This document shows, piece after piece, positions 14,262 through 24,078 of a stretch of 64,000 bases of DNA (position 1 is the first letter of the stretch; each line of letters begins with the position of its first letter). Both the position numbers and the translations under genes were made by a program. This stretch comes from Candidatus Saccharimonadia bacterium (GTDB taxonomy: Bacteria > Patescibacteriota > Saccharimonadia > UBA4664), in the NCBI GenBank assembly GCA_041743505.1, contig JBGTMQ010000009.1, positions 40,012 to 104,011 of the forward strand. The letters run 5' to 3'. The notes below the pieces were generated by a model. The model had not been told where the DNA came from and did not search any database. It saw only the letters and a program-made list of their open reading frames with translations.

Positions 14262-16082
14262 ATGGTGGAACAACAAAGAAATCTCATATTGTTAGCGCGG
14301 GCGCAGGCGGCTATAGGCGGCTTGATCGCCATGACTGTTTTTGCCATCTACGGAGTCCAGCCAAGCCTGCTGGATAACGCCAGTACATGGATTGGGCCGG
14401 CCATTTTGGGCGCCATCGGTGTTATTTACTATTTGACCTTTCATCAGGTGATAGGACGGCGGCGGCCGGCTTTATCGGCCCTGATCCTAACCGTTATTAC
14501 CGTACTAAACTTTATCCTTGTCATCGCTTCGACCGGCGGGCTCGACTCGCCGTATTATGCTCTCTGGCTGCTAGCCATTGTAGCCGCCGGCATTTTTGGT
14601 ACAGTCGAAACTGTCGTGCTACTCAGCGCCACGATTCTGTATTTTGCCTACGAGATTGTACGCGAAGGGATGCACGCCCCGTTTATTCAAGATCACCTGA
14701 TACTGCTGGTTATCACCTTACTAGCAGCCGGACTAGCCGAATGGATTCATACCCGCAACCGCCACGTAGCAGCCCAGAGCAACAAGCTCCAAACCTTGTC
14801 CGGCAAACTAACCGAAGAACAGCTGAAAGCTCAAGCCTTAATGTCGAGCATCGGCGAGGGCGTGCTGGTAGTGGACGAATCCGGTCACATCAAGCTATTC
14901 AACAAGGCCGCCCAGCAATTAACCGGCTGGGATGAAAGCAGTGCCGAGAATATTGATTACAATCTGGTGCTCCAGCTTCACATGGCCGACGACGGGGAAG
15001 TCGATAAAAGCAACGATCCGTTTGAGCAAGTCTGGGCCAAGAAAGCTCCGGTCGTCCGTGACGATCTGGTAGTGCTAACCCGCTCCGGCCGCAAGATTCA
15101 AGTTAATTTGTCAGTTTCACCCATCACCGATAATGACGGCGAGCTGACCGGCGCTATTGGCTTATTCCGCGACATTAGCCGCGAAAAAGCCGTGGAGCGG
15201 CAAAAGGACGAGTTCGTCAGCACAGCCAGCCACGAAATGCGCACACCGGTAGCGGCTATAGAGGGCTACATTTCATTGGCCATGAACGCCAATGTAGCGA
15301 CCATTGATGACCGGGCCAAGAAATATCTCGACAAGGCCCACGAAACCATCCAGCACCTCGGTGAGCTATTCCGTGACTTGTTGAGCGTCGCCAAAGCCGA
15401 GGAAGGCCAATTAAACGCCAAAATCGAATCGGTAAATATGGGCGAGCTGCTCCGCAGCACCGTGGATGACATGCAGTTTGCCGCCCAAAAGAAGGGCCTC
15501 ACGCTCATCTTGCAGACCTCGGAATCAGGCGGCAAGACTATTACGCCCTTGTATTACGTTGCTGCTAGCCCCGAGCGCCTGCGTGAAGTCCTCATGAACC
15601 TCATTGATAATGCCATCAAATACACGGCCCAGGGCGGCATCAAAGTCACCCTCAAAGGCGACGACAAAGAGGTGAGGGTAGCAGTAAACGATACGGGCGT
15701 AGGCATCGCCGCCGAAGACATTCCGCATTTGTTCCAAAAATTCTACCGCATCGATAACTCGGCCACTCGGACCATCGGCGGCACCGGCCTGGGCTTGTAC
15801 CTGTGTCGGCAAATGATTGAGCTGTTCAACGGCCGAATCTGGATCGAGTCCAAATTCAACCAGGGCTCCACCTTTAATGTCAGCCTACCACGACTAAGCG
15901 AAGAGGAGGCCAAGCGATTACAAGCCAATGCCGGCATGCCTACCAGCCAGACAACCACTGCCATTCCGGGCGGCGTAGTCCAGCCAGGAGCCTCCGCCGG
16001 CCCGGCAATTACCCAACCCATCCCTATGCCAGTTCCGGCCGAACAAGAAGACCAAACTTCACATCGGATTCTGATTCGATAA
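14262..16082 (+). CDS. membrane-bound sensor histidine kinase (multi-TM N-terminus, PAS, HisKA, HATPase_c, Pro/Gln-rich C-terminal tail)
   Basis: STASHEMRTPVAAIEGY (H-box), NLIDNAIKYT (N-box), DTGVGI and GTGLGL (G-boxes); 5-6 N-terminal hydrophobic helices. The longer frame begins at TTG 14217; ATG 14262 chosen. Confidence 0.8.
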   Translation: MVEQQRNLILLARAQAAIGGLIAMTVFAIYGVQPSLLDNASTWIGPAILGAIGVIYYLTFHQVIGRRRPALSALILTVITVLNFILVIASTGGLDSPYYALWLLAIVAAGIFGTVETVVLLSATILYFAYEIVREGMHAPFIQDHLILLVITLLAAGLAEWIHTRNRHVAAQSNKLQTLSGKLTEEQLKAQALMSSIGEGVLVVDESGHIKLFNKAAQQLTGWDESSAENIDYNLVLQLHMADDGEVDKSNDPFEQVWAKKAPVVRDDLVVLTRSGRKIQVNLSVSPITDNDGELTGAIGLFRDISREKAVERQKDEFVSTASHEMRTPVAAIEGYISLAMNANVATIDDRAKKYLDKAHETIQHLGELFRDLLSVAKAEEGQLNAKIESVNMGELLRSTVDDMQFAAQKKGLTLILQTSESGGKTITPLYYVAASPERLREVLMNLIDNAIKYTAQGGIKVTLKGDDKEVRVAVNDTGVGIAAEDIPHLFQKFYRIDNSATRTIGGTGLGLYLCRQMIELFNGRIWIESKFNQGSTFNVSLPRLSEEEAKRLQANAGMPTSQTTTAIPGGVVQPGASAGPAITQPIPMPVPAEQEDQTSHRILIR

Positions 16083-16125
16083 TATATTGCTAAGCATAAC
16101 TTAAACGTATACACTAACATTACAT

Positions 16126-16494
16126 ATGGCAAAGATACTCCTCGTTGAAGACGACACCAACCTACGCGAGATATACTCGGCTCGTTTCGCTGCCGAAGAT
16201 TATCAAGTAATTACCGCCAGCGATGGCGAAGAAGCCTTAGCAACAGCTGTACGTGAACGCCCCGACTTAATTGTACTCGACGTCATGATGCCCAAGATCT
16301 CCGGTTTTGATGTACTAGATATCCTGCGCAGCACACCAGAGACCAAAGAGACCAAAGTAATCATGATGACCGCCCTCAGTCAGGACACCGACCGCCAGCG
16401 CGGAGAGAGCCTGGGCGTTAACCAGTATCTCATTAAGTCCCAGGTCACTCTCGAAGACGTCGTCAATGCCGTCAAGCAGCAGCTCGGCTCCTAA
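16126..16494 (+). CDS. response regulator, receiver (REC) domain only (CheY/DivK-like)
   Basis: LLVEDD...DLIVLDVMMPKISGFDVL...LIKSQ; no output domain; directly downstream of the HK. Confidence 0.85.
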   Translation: MAKILLVEDDTNLREIYSARFAAEDYQVITASDGEEALATAVRERPDLIVLDVMMPKISGFDVLDILRSTPETKETKVIMMTALSQDTDRQRGESLGVNQYLIKSQVTLEDVVNAVKQQLGS

Positions 16495-16518
16495 ATTTCG
16501 TTAATCTTGGCAAAATAG

Positions 16519-16550
16519 AGAAACTCTTTGTAAGTTTCTTTTATTTTTAT
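16519..16550 (+). terminator. rho-independent terminator (AGAAACT-ctttgta-AGTTTCT + TTTATTTTTAT)
   Basis: 7-bp stem followed by a long T-rich tract after the RR gene. Confidence 0.55.
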
Positions 16551-16622
16551 GAGTTCCGCCAAAGCAGCCTAAGCTTTAACCCAGGTATCATAACGGTCTA
16601 GCCAATGTGGAGGAGGATAGCC

Positions 16623-16919
16623 ATGGCAGCACGAGACAAAGCACGCAAGCACGACCAAGACAATGCAGCTGACGAGTTCTATGAGGTTATGCCGTATACG
16701 CCAAGCGCACCGTATGCCGACTGGATAGGCAACCAGGCAGCCGAGAATGATGCGCCGGATAAGGACTTTGCCAGCATCGAAGATGAAGGCAGGGCCGTTG
16801 CCATTCAAACACTAGTATTTGTGGCTCTAGCCACTCTGGCCATCTGCGCCCTGCTGATCTGGGGCGTCGAGGCAGCCAGACAAACATTTCCGCCGGCCGG
16901 CACAGCCGCCGGACTATAG
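16623..16919 (+). CDS. small hypothetical protein with C-terminal TM helix
   Basis: ATG 16623 preceded by GGAGGAGG with a 6-nt spacer; the ORF track's longer start (16605) lacks an RBS. Confidence 0.45.
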   Translation: MAARDKARKHDQDNAADEFYEVMPYTPSAPYADWIGNQAAENDAPDKDFASIEDEGRAVAIQTLVFVALATLAICALLIWGVEAARQTFPPAGTAAGL

Positions 16920-16962
16920 ACCAGTGGTAGCTTAAGCAATACCGGCTTGGTACAATAGCACC

Positions 16963-17673
16963 ATGATTGGTGGAGCGCCTAACATGTCTCACACGGTGGC
17001 AACAGCGGAATTTGAAGGACCATTGGCGTTGCTGCTTGAGCTCGTGGAACGTCAAAAGCTGGAGGTAACCGACATTTCAATCGCCGCTATCACCACCGGC
17101 TATTTGCAGCATGTCCGCACCCTCGACAGTCAAAGCCCGGAACAACTGAGCGAATTCTTGCAACTCGGGGCAAGGTTGCTGTACGTGAAAAGTCTAGCTC
17201 TGCTGCCCAAGGAGGCCGGCCAGGAGCAAGCCGAGGAACTGCACCAGCTTAATCTGGAGCTGGAAGAATACCGACGGTACCAACAAGCCGCCCGGGAGTT
17301 AGGCCGGCTATCAAGCCGTTCCAGCTGGCAGCGACAGGCGGTATCGCGGCTAGAGCCTCACGAGCTGCCTCTGCCGGACATTAGTCTGGCTCGTCTCGCC
17401 GAAGCTTTCCAGATAGCCATCCGCCGGGCCGAACCCACCCGGCCACAAGGCATACTACGCGCTCACATCAGCCAAGAATCCATTATGAAATCGCTGCGCC
17501 GCCGCCTCTCACATGGAGCTTTTGAGCTCCATGCTTTGCTCGACGGCGCCAAGGACCGGTTGGAGATCGTGGTGACATTCCTGGCTGTGCTCGAGCTCAT
17601 TAAGCTGGCTGAACTGCGAGTAGTCCAAAGCGGCCAATTTGGAGCCATTACCATGGAGCCGGCCCATGGCTAA
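16963..17673 (+). CDS. scpA: segregation and condensation protein A
   Basis: N-terminal EFEGPLALLLELVERQKLEVTDISIAAITTGYLQHV matches the ScpA signature; ATG lies 6 nt after TACAAT (16951-16956). Confidence 0.8.
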   Translation: MIGGAPNMSHTVATAEFEGPLALLLELVERQKLEVTDISIAAITTGYLQHVRTLDSQSPEQLSEFLQLGARLLYVKSLALLPKEAGQEQAEELHQLNLELEEYRRYQQAARELGRLSSRSSWQRQAVSRLEPHELPLPDISLARLAEAFQIAIRRAEPTRPQGILRAHISQESIMKSLRRRLSHGAFELHALLDGAKDRLEIVVTFLAVLELIKLAELRVVQSGQFGAITMEPAHG

Positions 17674-18175
17674 CTCTTCCACCATAAACGTACTTGAAGC
17701 CTTACTATTCGTAGCCAACGAACCATTGACCGCCGGCCGGCTAGCCCAATTAACCGAACAAGACCTCGCCGAAGTCGAACCAGCCTTAATGCAACTCGAA
17801 GCCAAATTAGCCAACAGCGGCCTTCAGCTAGTCTGCCACAACGGCGAATACCGGCTGGTGACCGCACCCGCTGCCACCGAGGCAGTCCGCCGGTACCTTC
17901 AGGCCGAAACGCGCAGCGATTTGTCAAAACCTGCACTAGAAACTCTGGCGATCATTGCATACCGTGGACCGCTCACCCGGACCAGGCTCGACGACATCCG
18001 GGGCGTGGCCAGCGATACCATGCTTCGCAATTTGCTAGCCCGTGGTCTGATCACCGAGCAAGGCACAGCCACGGAGCCGGGTAAACCAACCCTGTATGCC
18101 GTCAGTCATACATTCTTAAATCACTTCGGCCTCGCCTCACTCAAGGAACTGCCTCCACTCGAGGAGACCGTCTAG
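17666..18175 (+). CDS. scpB: segregation and condensation protein B
   Basis: INVLEALLFVANEPLTAGRLAQL... is a typical ScpB winged-helix N-terminus; overlaps the scpA stop by 8 nt. Confidence 0.8.
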   Translation: MANSSTINVLEALLFVANEPLTAGRLAQLTEQDLAEVEPALMQLEAKLANSGLQLVCHNGEYRLVTAPAATEAVRRYLQAETRSDLSKPALETLAIIAYRGPLTRTRLDDIRGVASDTMLRNLLARGLITEQGTATEPGKPTLYAVSHTFLNHFGLASLKELPPLEETV

Positions 18176-18177
18176 AC

Positions 18178-18849
18178 GTGAGAATCAACCAATACGTCGC
18201 CGCTGCCACCGGATTGTCGCGACGAGCGGCTGACACAGCTGTTACGGCCGGTCGGGTTACTATTGATGGCAAAGTCGCCATACTCGGTCAAATCGTCGGC
18301 CCAAACGCCAAGGTGACACTTGATAAGGCGACCGTCAGTCTGCCCGCTACTCACACCTACATCATGCTCCACAAGCCAGCCGGCTACGTTACCAGCCGCG
18401 CCCGGCAAGGCCGCATACCCACCATTTATGAATTGCTGCCACCACCGTACAGCCGGCTACGGCCGGCCGGCCGGCTCGATCAAGAATCCAGCGGGTTATT
18501 GCTGCTCAGCAATGACGGCCTTTTTATCCAGCATCTGACCCACCCTTCATACGGCAAGACAAAGCGCTACGAGCTCACCCTGGACTGCCCCGTTACCACG
18601 AATCATCAGCAAGAGCTCGAGGAGGGCGTTGACCTAACAGATGGGCCAAGCCGCCTTCACGTAGTCGCATCCCATGGTCGCACTCTTACTGTGGAACTCG
18701 CAGAAGGCCGCAACCGCCAAATCCGGCGCACCATGGGCGCGTTGGGGTACACCATTAGCCGGCTGCATCGAACCGAAGTCGGGCCATTTTGCCTGGACCA
18801 ACTCAAACCAGGGACCTGGACCATCATCACACCGGAGGCCGGGTCATGA
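18178..18849 (+). CDS. rluB: rRNA pseudouridine synthase, RsuA/RluB family (S4 domain + catalytic domain)
   Basis: S4-like N-terminus (MRINQYVAAATGLSRRAADTAV) and catalytic GRLDQESSGLLLLSNDG motif; scpA-scpB-rluB synteny. Confidence 0.8.
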   Translation: MRINQYVAAATGLSRRAADTAVTAGRVTIDGKVAILGQIVGPNAKVTLDKATVSLPATHTYIMLHKPAGYVTSRARQGRIPTIYELLPPPYSRLRPAGRLDQESSGLLLLSNDGLFIQHLTHPSYGKTKRYELTLDCPVTTNHQQELEEGVDLTDGPSRLHVVASHGRTLTVELAEGRNRQIRRTMGALGYTISRLHRTEVGPFCLDQLKPGTWTIITPEAGS

Positions 18850-19772
18850 AAATACTCGCACTAGCTTTAGCCTTCGCCCTGCAAACTACCGGCTTATGGC
18901 CTCATCTAGACGAATCCACGCGAAACAAGATTGCCCATCAAGCCGTAGGCCAGCCGGCATCAAATATCAGCCCCTCCACCACCGATCTGCCACCTGTCAC
19001 TAGCTTGACCTTGCCAATCCGCACCAATCCTGACGCCCCCAAGCTCGAGACTACCACCAGCGTCCTGGCCCTGGACCGCACCTCCGCCACGCCGCTCTAT
19101 GCCCAAAACGACCATCAGCAACGGCCCATCGCCTCCATTACTAAGCTTGTTACCGCCCTGGTGATCCTATCGCGCCACGACCCGGACGACACGGTCACCA
19201 TCCCGCAATTACCTAAATATGGACCGGAAGATTATGTCATCGGCCTCACGCCAGGCGATAAATACCAGCTGAGCGATCTGGTTAAGGCCGCCTTGGTACC
19301 CTCAGCCAATGATGCCGCTGATGCCTTAGCCATCTACGACAGCGGTTCACCCGCAAAATTCGCCAGCCAAATGAACTCCAAAATGGCCGCCTGGGATATT
19401 TCCGGCACCCACTTTACCAACCCGAGCGGATTGCAAGATACCGGCAACTACGCCACAGCCACCGCTCTGGGCAAAATCGCGCTGCTTTCACTGGAAAACC
19501 CGGTCATCCAAGACGCTGTCAAAGAGCCGTTTGTAACCATTCGCTCAACCTCCGGCCGCACCCTCAGTCACACCTCTACCAATATTCTGTTGCCTACGGG
19601 CCAGTTTCATGGTATAAAAACGGGATACACGCTGGCTGCCGGTCAATGTTTCGTGGGACTTACCCGCATCGACGGCCATGACGTTATCACGGTAGTCCTC
19701 GGTTCCAAAGACCGGTTCGGCCAGACTCAGAGTTTAGTAAACTGGATTGGACGTAGTTATCAATGGCTGTAA
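18846..19772 (+). CDS. D-alanyl-D-alanine carboxypeptidase (low-MW PBP, S11 family), secreted
   Basis: Signal peptide MKILALALAFAL; SITK (SxxK), SAND (SxN) and KTG motifs; ATGA overlap with rluB. Confidence 0.8.
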   Translation: MKILALALAFALQTTGLWPHLDESTRNKIAHQAVGQPASNISPSTTDLPPVTSLTLPIRTNPDAPKLETTTSVLALDRTSATPLYAQNDHQQRPIASITKLVTALVILSRHDPDDTVTIPQLPKYGPEDYVIGLTPGDKYQLSDLVKAALVPSANDAADALAIYDSGSPAKFASQMNSKMAAWDISGTHFTNPSGLQDTGNYATATALGKIALLSLENPVIQDAVKEPFVTIRSTSGRTLSHTSTNILLPTGQFHGIKTGYTLAAGQCFVGLTRIDGHDVITVVLGSKDRFGQTQSLVNWIGRSYQWL

Positions 19773-21100
19773 CCCCGCTCGTGGCTATCATCGGCCGGCC
19801 GAATACCGGCAAATCAAGCCTCTTTAATCGTCTGAGCGGCAGCCGCCAGGCCATCACGCACGAGACCGCCGGCACCACCCGCGACGCCAACTACGCCCAC
19901 GTCGGCTGGCGCGGCTTTAACTTTGTGCTAGTCGATACAGCCGGCCTCACCAAGGCGGCGGGGGAGATCGAAGCCGCCGCCCAAGACCAGGTCCGCGGGG
20001 TCGCCACCATCGCCGACGTCCTAGTGGTAGTTGTTGACGCCGGCACCATGCTGACCCTCGAAGACCAAGAAGCCGCCCGCCTAGCCCTCAAAACTGGCAA
20101 ACCGGTCGTGTTGGCGCTCGGCAAATCCGATACCCTGGGCGCCACCGTTCCCGACGAATTCCGCCGCCTCGGCGTGCCCGAAATCATCCCGGTATCAGCC
20201 ATCCATGGCCGCGGCACCGGCGACCTGCTCGACGCCATCACTGCCCACATCGACCGCCGGCCGTCCCCAGAAACCGATCCGCCGCTGCGCCTTAGCATCA
20301 TCGGCCGGCCAAATGTCGGCAAATCCAGCCTGCTCAACGCGCTGCTCGGGAAACAGCAGGCCGTAGTATCAAACGCCCCCGGCACCACCCGCGACGTCAA
20401 TGCCAACCAAATCCGCTACCACAGCCGCACCATCGAACTCGTAGACACCGCCGGCCTGCGCCGTCGCGGCAAAATCGAGCAGGGGATTGAAAAGTACTCT
20501 ACTCTACGCACCATGAGCGCGATCCACGAGGCTGACATTTGCTTCCTCGTGCTCGATGCCACCGACGGCGTTGTGGCCAGCGACCTTAACCTGGCCGGCC
20601 AAATCATCGAAGCCGGTAAGGGTCTGGTGCTAGTCATGAATAAATGGGACGCCGTCGAAAAAGACGACAAAACCCAGGTCCACATGGCCGCCCGCATCCA
20701 AAAAGAATTCCAGTTTGCCTGGTGGGCGCCGCTCGTCTTTACCTCCGCCGTCACCGGCCTGCACGTCACCAAACTCCTCGAACTGGCCACCGCCATTGAT
20801 GAAAGGTGCCAAACCCAATTACCAACCGGCCCACTCAACCGTTTTATCGAGAAGCTTATCCTCAAACAACCCCCAGCCGGGCTCAAAAACCGCCAGCCCA
20901 AGATCAACTACGTTACCCAAACCGGTACCAATCCGCCGGAGCTGACTTTCTTTGCCACCTACCCAGACCTCATTCACTGGGGCTACAAACGCTACATCGA
21001 AAACAATTTGCGCGAAGAACACGATTTTACCGGCACGCCCATCCGCCTTATCTTCCGCCACAAACACGGTGATGCCAAATACACTGAGGGTAAACGATGA
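19763..21100 (+). CDS. der: ribosome-associated GTPase Der/EngA (two tandem GTPase domains + KH-like C-terminus)
   Basis: Two G1 motifs GRPNTGKSSL and GRPNVGKSSL with DTAG G3 motifs. Confidence 0.9.
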   Translation: MAVTPLVAIIGRPNTGKSSLFNRLSGSRQAITHETAGTTRDANYAHVGWRGFNFVLVDTAGLTKAAGEIEAAAQDQVRGVATIADVLVVVVDAGTMLTLEDQEAARLALKTGKPVVLALGKSDTLGATVPDEFRRLGVPEIIPVSAIHGRGTGDLLDAITAHIDRRPSPETDPPLRLSIIGRPNVGKSSLLNALLGKQQAVVSNAPGTTRDVNANQIRYHSRTIELVDTAGLRRRGKIEQGIEKYSTLRTMSAIHEADICFLVLDATDGVVASDLNLAGQIIEAGKGLVLVMNKWDAVEKDDKTQVHMAARIQKEFQFAWWAPLVFTSAVTGLHVTKLLELATAIDERCQTQLPTGPLNRFIEKLILKQPPAGLKNRQPKINYVTQTGTNPPELTFFATYPDLIHWGYKRYIENNLREEHDFTGTPIRLIFRHKHGDAKYTEGKR

Positions 21101-21657
21101 AACTAGTTATCGGACTCGGCAACGTCGGCGAACGGTACGCCCAAACCCGCCACAATATTGGCTTCATGGTCATAGACCAACTCGCCACAGATCTAGCCGC
21201 CAGCTGGCGCACTGAGTCCAAATTCAAGGCCGCCGTCTCCGAAACCAGCCTAGGCGACCAGCGCATCATCCTGGCCAAACCTCAAACCATGATGAATCTC
21301 AGCGGCCAGGCCGTCCAAAAAATAATGCGGTTTTACAAAATTAACCCTGCAAACGTCTGGACTATCTTCGATGACGTCGACGTACCGTTCGGCCGTCTTC
21401 GCCTCCGGCGCGGTGGCACCAGCGGCCAGCAGGGGATTAGATCTACCATTCAGCAGATCGGTCCGGATTTTGTGCGTGTCCGCATGGGTATTAGCCTCAA
21501 CGACCGGTCCATTGAAACCAGCGAGGTATATGTCCTCAAGCCCTTCAACGGCGTAGAACGCCCGCAGCTACCCACAGTTACTGCCCGCGCCGCCGGTATC
21601 ATCGCCTCCGAGCTCGCACAAGACCAGCTAAACGAAAGCACATTCGATCTGCTCTAG
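21097..21657 (+). CDS. pth: peptidyl-tRNA hydrolase
   Basis: GLGNVGERYAQTRHNIGF (N10/H20 region) and FDDVD; the GGHNG loop is replaced by GGTSGQQG. Confidence 0.85.
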   Translation: MKLVIGLGNVGERYAQTRHNIGFMVIDQLATDLAASWRTESKFKAAVSETSLGDQRIILAKPQTMMNLSGQAVQKIMRFYKINPANVWTIFDDVDVPFGRLRLRRGGTSGQQGIRSTIQQIGPDFVRVRMGISLNDRSIETSEVYVLKPFNGVERPQLPTVTARAAGIIASELAQDQLNESTFDLL

Positions 21658-21718
21658 GTAGGCTATACTTAAGGCGCAATAAAGAGGGTCTACTGGCTTA
21701 GACCAAGTAACAAAAAAG

Positions 21719-21753
21719 ATACCCTGCCAACCATAGGTCGGCAGGGTATTTTC
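21719..21753. terminator. bidirectional terminator hairpin (ATACCCTGCC / GGCAGGGTAT, 11-nt loop) between pth and the convergent membrane-protein gene
   Basis: 10-bp stem abutting the TGA of the minus gene, with a T-run on the minus strand (AAAAAAG on plus). Confidence 0.6.
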
Positions 21754-22474
21754 ACAGCTTAAAACCATCTGGCAAAATCTGCGTCAACAGGAATCCCTTC
21801 TCCGTCTGCTCGCCCTCAAAGATCATGGGCGCCCTCGCCTTGTCGCGCATTCTAGCCTTGGCCTGCCTAACCAACGCGGCAAACCGGTATGGGTCCCGAA
21901 CCCAAGGCAGATGGTTTAGCAGCTCATCCCCCTGGACAGCGGTATCAACCGACACATGCCCACAGTTGAACCGCTTCAGCATCCACCATGGCCGTACTAC
22001 CTTGACGGTTGTCTCGATGGTCACCTGAACATCAAACTTATATGACCTCCTCAACGTCCACGCCGGCGCATCCAACTCCAGGCCTACCTCACCACGGCCA
22101 AAACTCAATCGCCGATTTCTCTCGAGCACCAATTCCCTCGCCACGAGATACCCGGCTGCGCCAAGCGCCACCAGACTTATCAGTGCCGCCGCCCAAAACG
22201 AGCTGTAGGCCACAAGAGCAGCGACGACGGTTGCCCAACTGGCAGTCGAGTCGAGCCTGTCGTGCTTTCGTGTGAGATACCCCATCACTCCCGCGACAAT
22301 AGCGACAAACAGCAACCCCTGGGTGCTATTGAAGATCATATAGAAGTACAGAGCCACCACCAGCACGAGCACCACCACCGGCACAAACACACTGGCGATA
22401 ATGAGGAAAATGTGAAAATGCTCGTCATAGTCCTTCTTCTGGAGACCCGGAGGTTCATCAGTCCGTAGAGTCAT
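21752..22474 (-). CDS. membrane protein (240 aa; N-terminal TM helices, C-terminal soluble domain), hypothetical
   Basis: Hydrophobic N-terminal half; no confident family assignment. Confidence 0.5.
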   Translation of the reverse strand: MTLRTDEPPGLQKKDYDEHFHIFLIIASVFVPVVVLVLVVALYFYMIFNSTQGLLFVAIVAGVMGYLTRKHDRLDSTASWATVVAALVAYSSFWAAALISLVALGAAGYLVARELVLERNRRLSFGRGEVGLELDAPAWTLRRSYKFDVQVTIETTVKVVRPWWMLKRFNCGHVSVDTAVQGDELLNHLPWVRDPYRFAALVRQAKARMRDKARAPMIFEGEQTEKGFLLTQILPDGFKL

Positions 22475-22597
22475 ATAACACTCCTTTCCAGGAGTAGGTG
22501 CAATCGCTGTGTCTAGAGCATCTCCAGATCAAACGCTCTTTGGATCAGCTATACTTATACTATAAATACACTGCTAAAGCAATGGCATAACATCACA

Positions 22598-23671
22598 TTA
22601 CGCCCGGTTTACAACAAAAATATCAGCCCGGCGGCCCAATATCTCAACGTTTGTGACGATCTGCTCTATCTGAAACCCAGCCTGACGAGCCAAAATACCC
22701 TTAAAAATATCCCATTCGCTCGTTAACACCACCAAACGACCACCAGGGTGGAGTACCCGGCCAGCCTCAGCCACGAACCCGGCATACAGCTGAGGCAGCA
22801 CCGCCTTCTCTCCAATTTGGCGACCCCACGGCAAATTAGTCACAACCTTACTAACTGATCCGTCCTCAAGCGGCAAATCTGTCGCATCCCACCGCTCAAT
22901 CCGCCGCGGTTGATGGCGTGGGCCAAAATTAGCCAGTGTTGTCTCGACAGCCGCCGCCTCAATATCACCGCCGAGCAGTAGTTGGTAACGGCCGGCTACA
23001 GCCCGCTCCAAAAGCAAGGTGCCGCTGCCGCACATCGGGTCCAAGAACACATCATCATCGGCCGGCCGCGACAACCACACCATCGCCGCTGCCACACTCG
23101 GCCGCAACGCCGCCGCCCGCTCCACCTCGCGGCCACCATGCTGGCGGTCCAAACCCGTAGTCAGCCGTACACTCACTAGCAGTTGCCGCCGGGCTTGCTG
23201 TAGCCAAACCTCCAGCGGCGCCTGATCCCGGTCCAGCCGCCAACTCGAACCTACCCGCAGCAGTGCCCGCTCTGCCGCTAGCATCATGTCCTGCCGCCGG
23301 TATTGCCGCCAGCGTACATCATCAGCCTGCACCACTACCCGAAATGTCTGGCGCTTCGTCAATGACTGGCCAGTGTAGCGTGACCACAAGTTCAGCGCCT
23401 CCCGCAACGGCCCGCTCCAAACCGCCGCCGCCGACAGCGTCTTCATGTCAGCCAGTCCGCCACTCAGCTTCACCCGCCCCAGTGTCACATACGTGTCTTC
23501 CATCAGCCGCATCTTTTGCAATTGCTTCACGTCCCCGGCATAACGAACCAGGACAATGTCATTATTGCGCGTCCTCATCACCTCAGTGACTTTCACCTCA
23601 GACAGCCATTCTGCCAGTTCTTGCTTAAAAACATCAGACAAACCAGGCAGGGTAGTCAATTGATAATTCAT
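22598..23671 (-). CDS. THUMP-domain SAM-dependent RNA (guanine-N2)-methyltransferase (RlmL/Trm14-like)
   Basis: Motif I DPMCGSGTLLLERA and motif IV NLPWGRQIG (N/D-P-P-Y/W type) following an N-terminal THUMP-like region. Confidence 0.7.
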   Translation of the reverse strand: MNYQLTTLPGLSDVFKQELAEWLSEVKVTEVMRTRNNDIVLVRYAGDVKQLQKMRLMEDTYVTLGRVKLSGGLADMKTLSAAAVWSGPLREALNLWSRYTGQSLTKRQTFRVVVQADDVRWRQYRRQDMMLAAERALLRVGSSWRLDRDQAPLEVWLQQARRQLLVSVRLTTGLDRQHGGREVERAAALRPSVAAAMVWLSRPADDDVFLDPMCGSGTLLLERAVAGRYQLLLGGDIEAAAVETTLANFGPRHQPRRIERWDATDLPLEDGSVSKVVTNLPWGRQIGEKAVLPQLYAGFVAEAGRVLHPGGRLVVLTSEWDIFKGILARQAGFQIEQIVTNVEILGRRADIFVVNRA

Positions 23672-23820
23672 AGTAGGCCAAGTATCTCATAAAAATGATT
23701 AAGGTAGCCAAGGCTAATGCCCGAACCACCCATCAATCATCACGGACAGTTTAAACATCTTGCATACTTTCACCTCATACCGTACAATTACCGAACGAAC
23801 GATACGCTCCTTTACATCAT

Positions 23821-23870
23821 AAAAGACCCGGACAACGGAGATGGGTGGTCAAATCCGAGCCGGGTCTTTT
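23821..23870. other. terminator-like hairpin (11-bp stem AAAAGACCCGG / CCGGGTCTTTT, 28-nt structured loop) in the divergent region upstream of dprA
   Basis: Exact inverted repeat with an A-run before and a T-run after; sits in a promoter region rather than at a gene end. Confidence 0.4.
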
Positions 23871-23945
23871 ATGACACCCTTCAATGCCGCGCCGTAAGGC
23901 GTTTTGTGCGAGACTCTAAATCATGAGTAACGGGTATTGAAGGGA

Positions 23946-24010
23946 CTAATCTACCTGCAAGCAAAGTATCTAAAGGAGGGTGCATTTAGATACCGCTACA
24001 GGCAGATTAG
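23946..24010 (+). other. long imperfect hairpin with nested TATCTAAA / TTTAGATA stem and apical loop containing AAGGAGGG, ~70 nt upstream of dprA
   Basis: Outer arms CTAATCTACCTG / CAGGCAGATTAG (1 mismatch) and an inner 8-bp stem read directly; candidate regulatory RNA structure or protein site. Confidence 0.35.
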
Positions 24011-24078
24011 TGGTATGTTTGTTTGGTTCAACCTCTATTTAAGAGGCATGCTCAGTATACTAACACACTAAGTTAATT

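Noticed and set aside
23717-23926. 69-aa ORF in the dprA upstream region
   Set aside because: It spans two strong hairpins with flanking A/T runs and has no RBS; the region looks regulatory or RNA-structural rather than coding.
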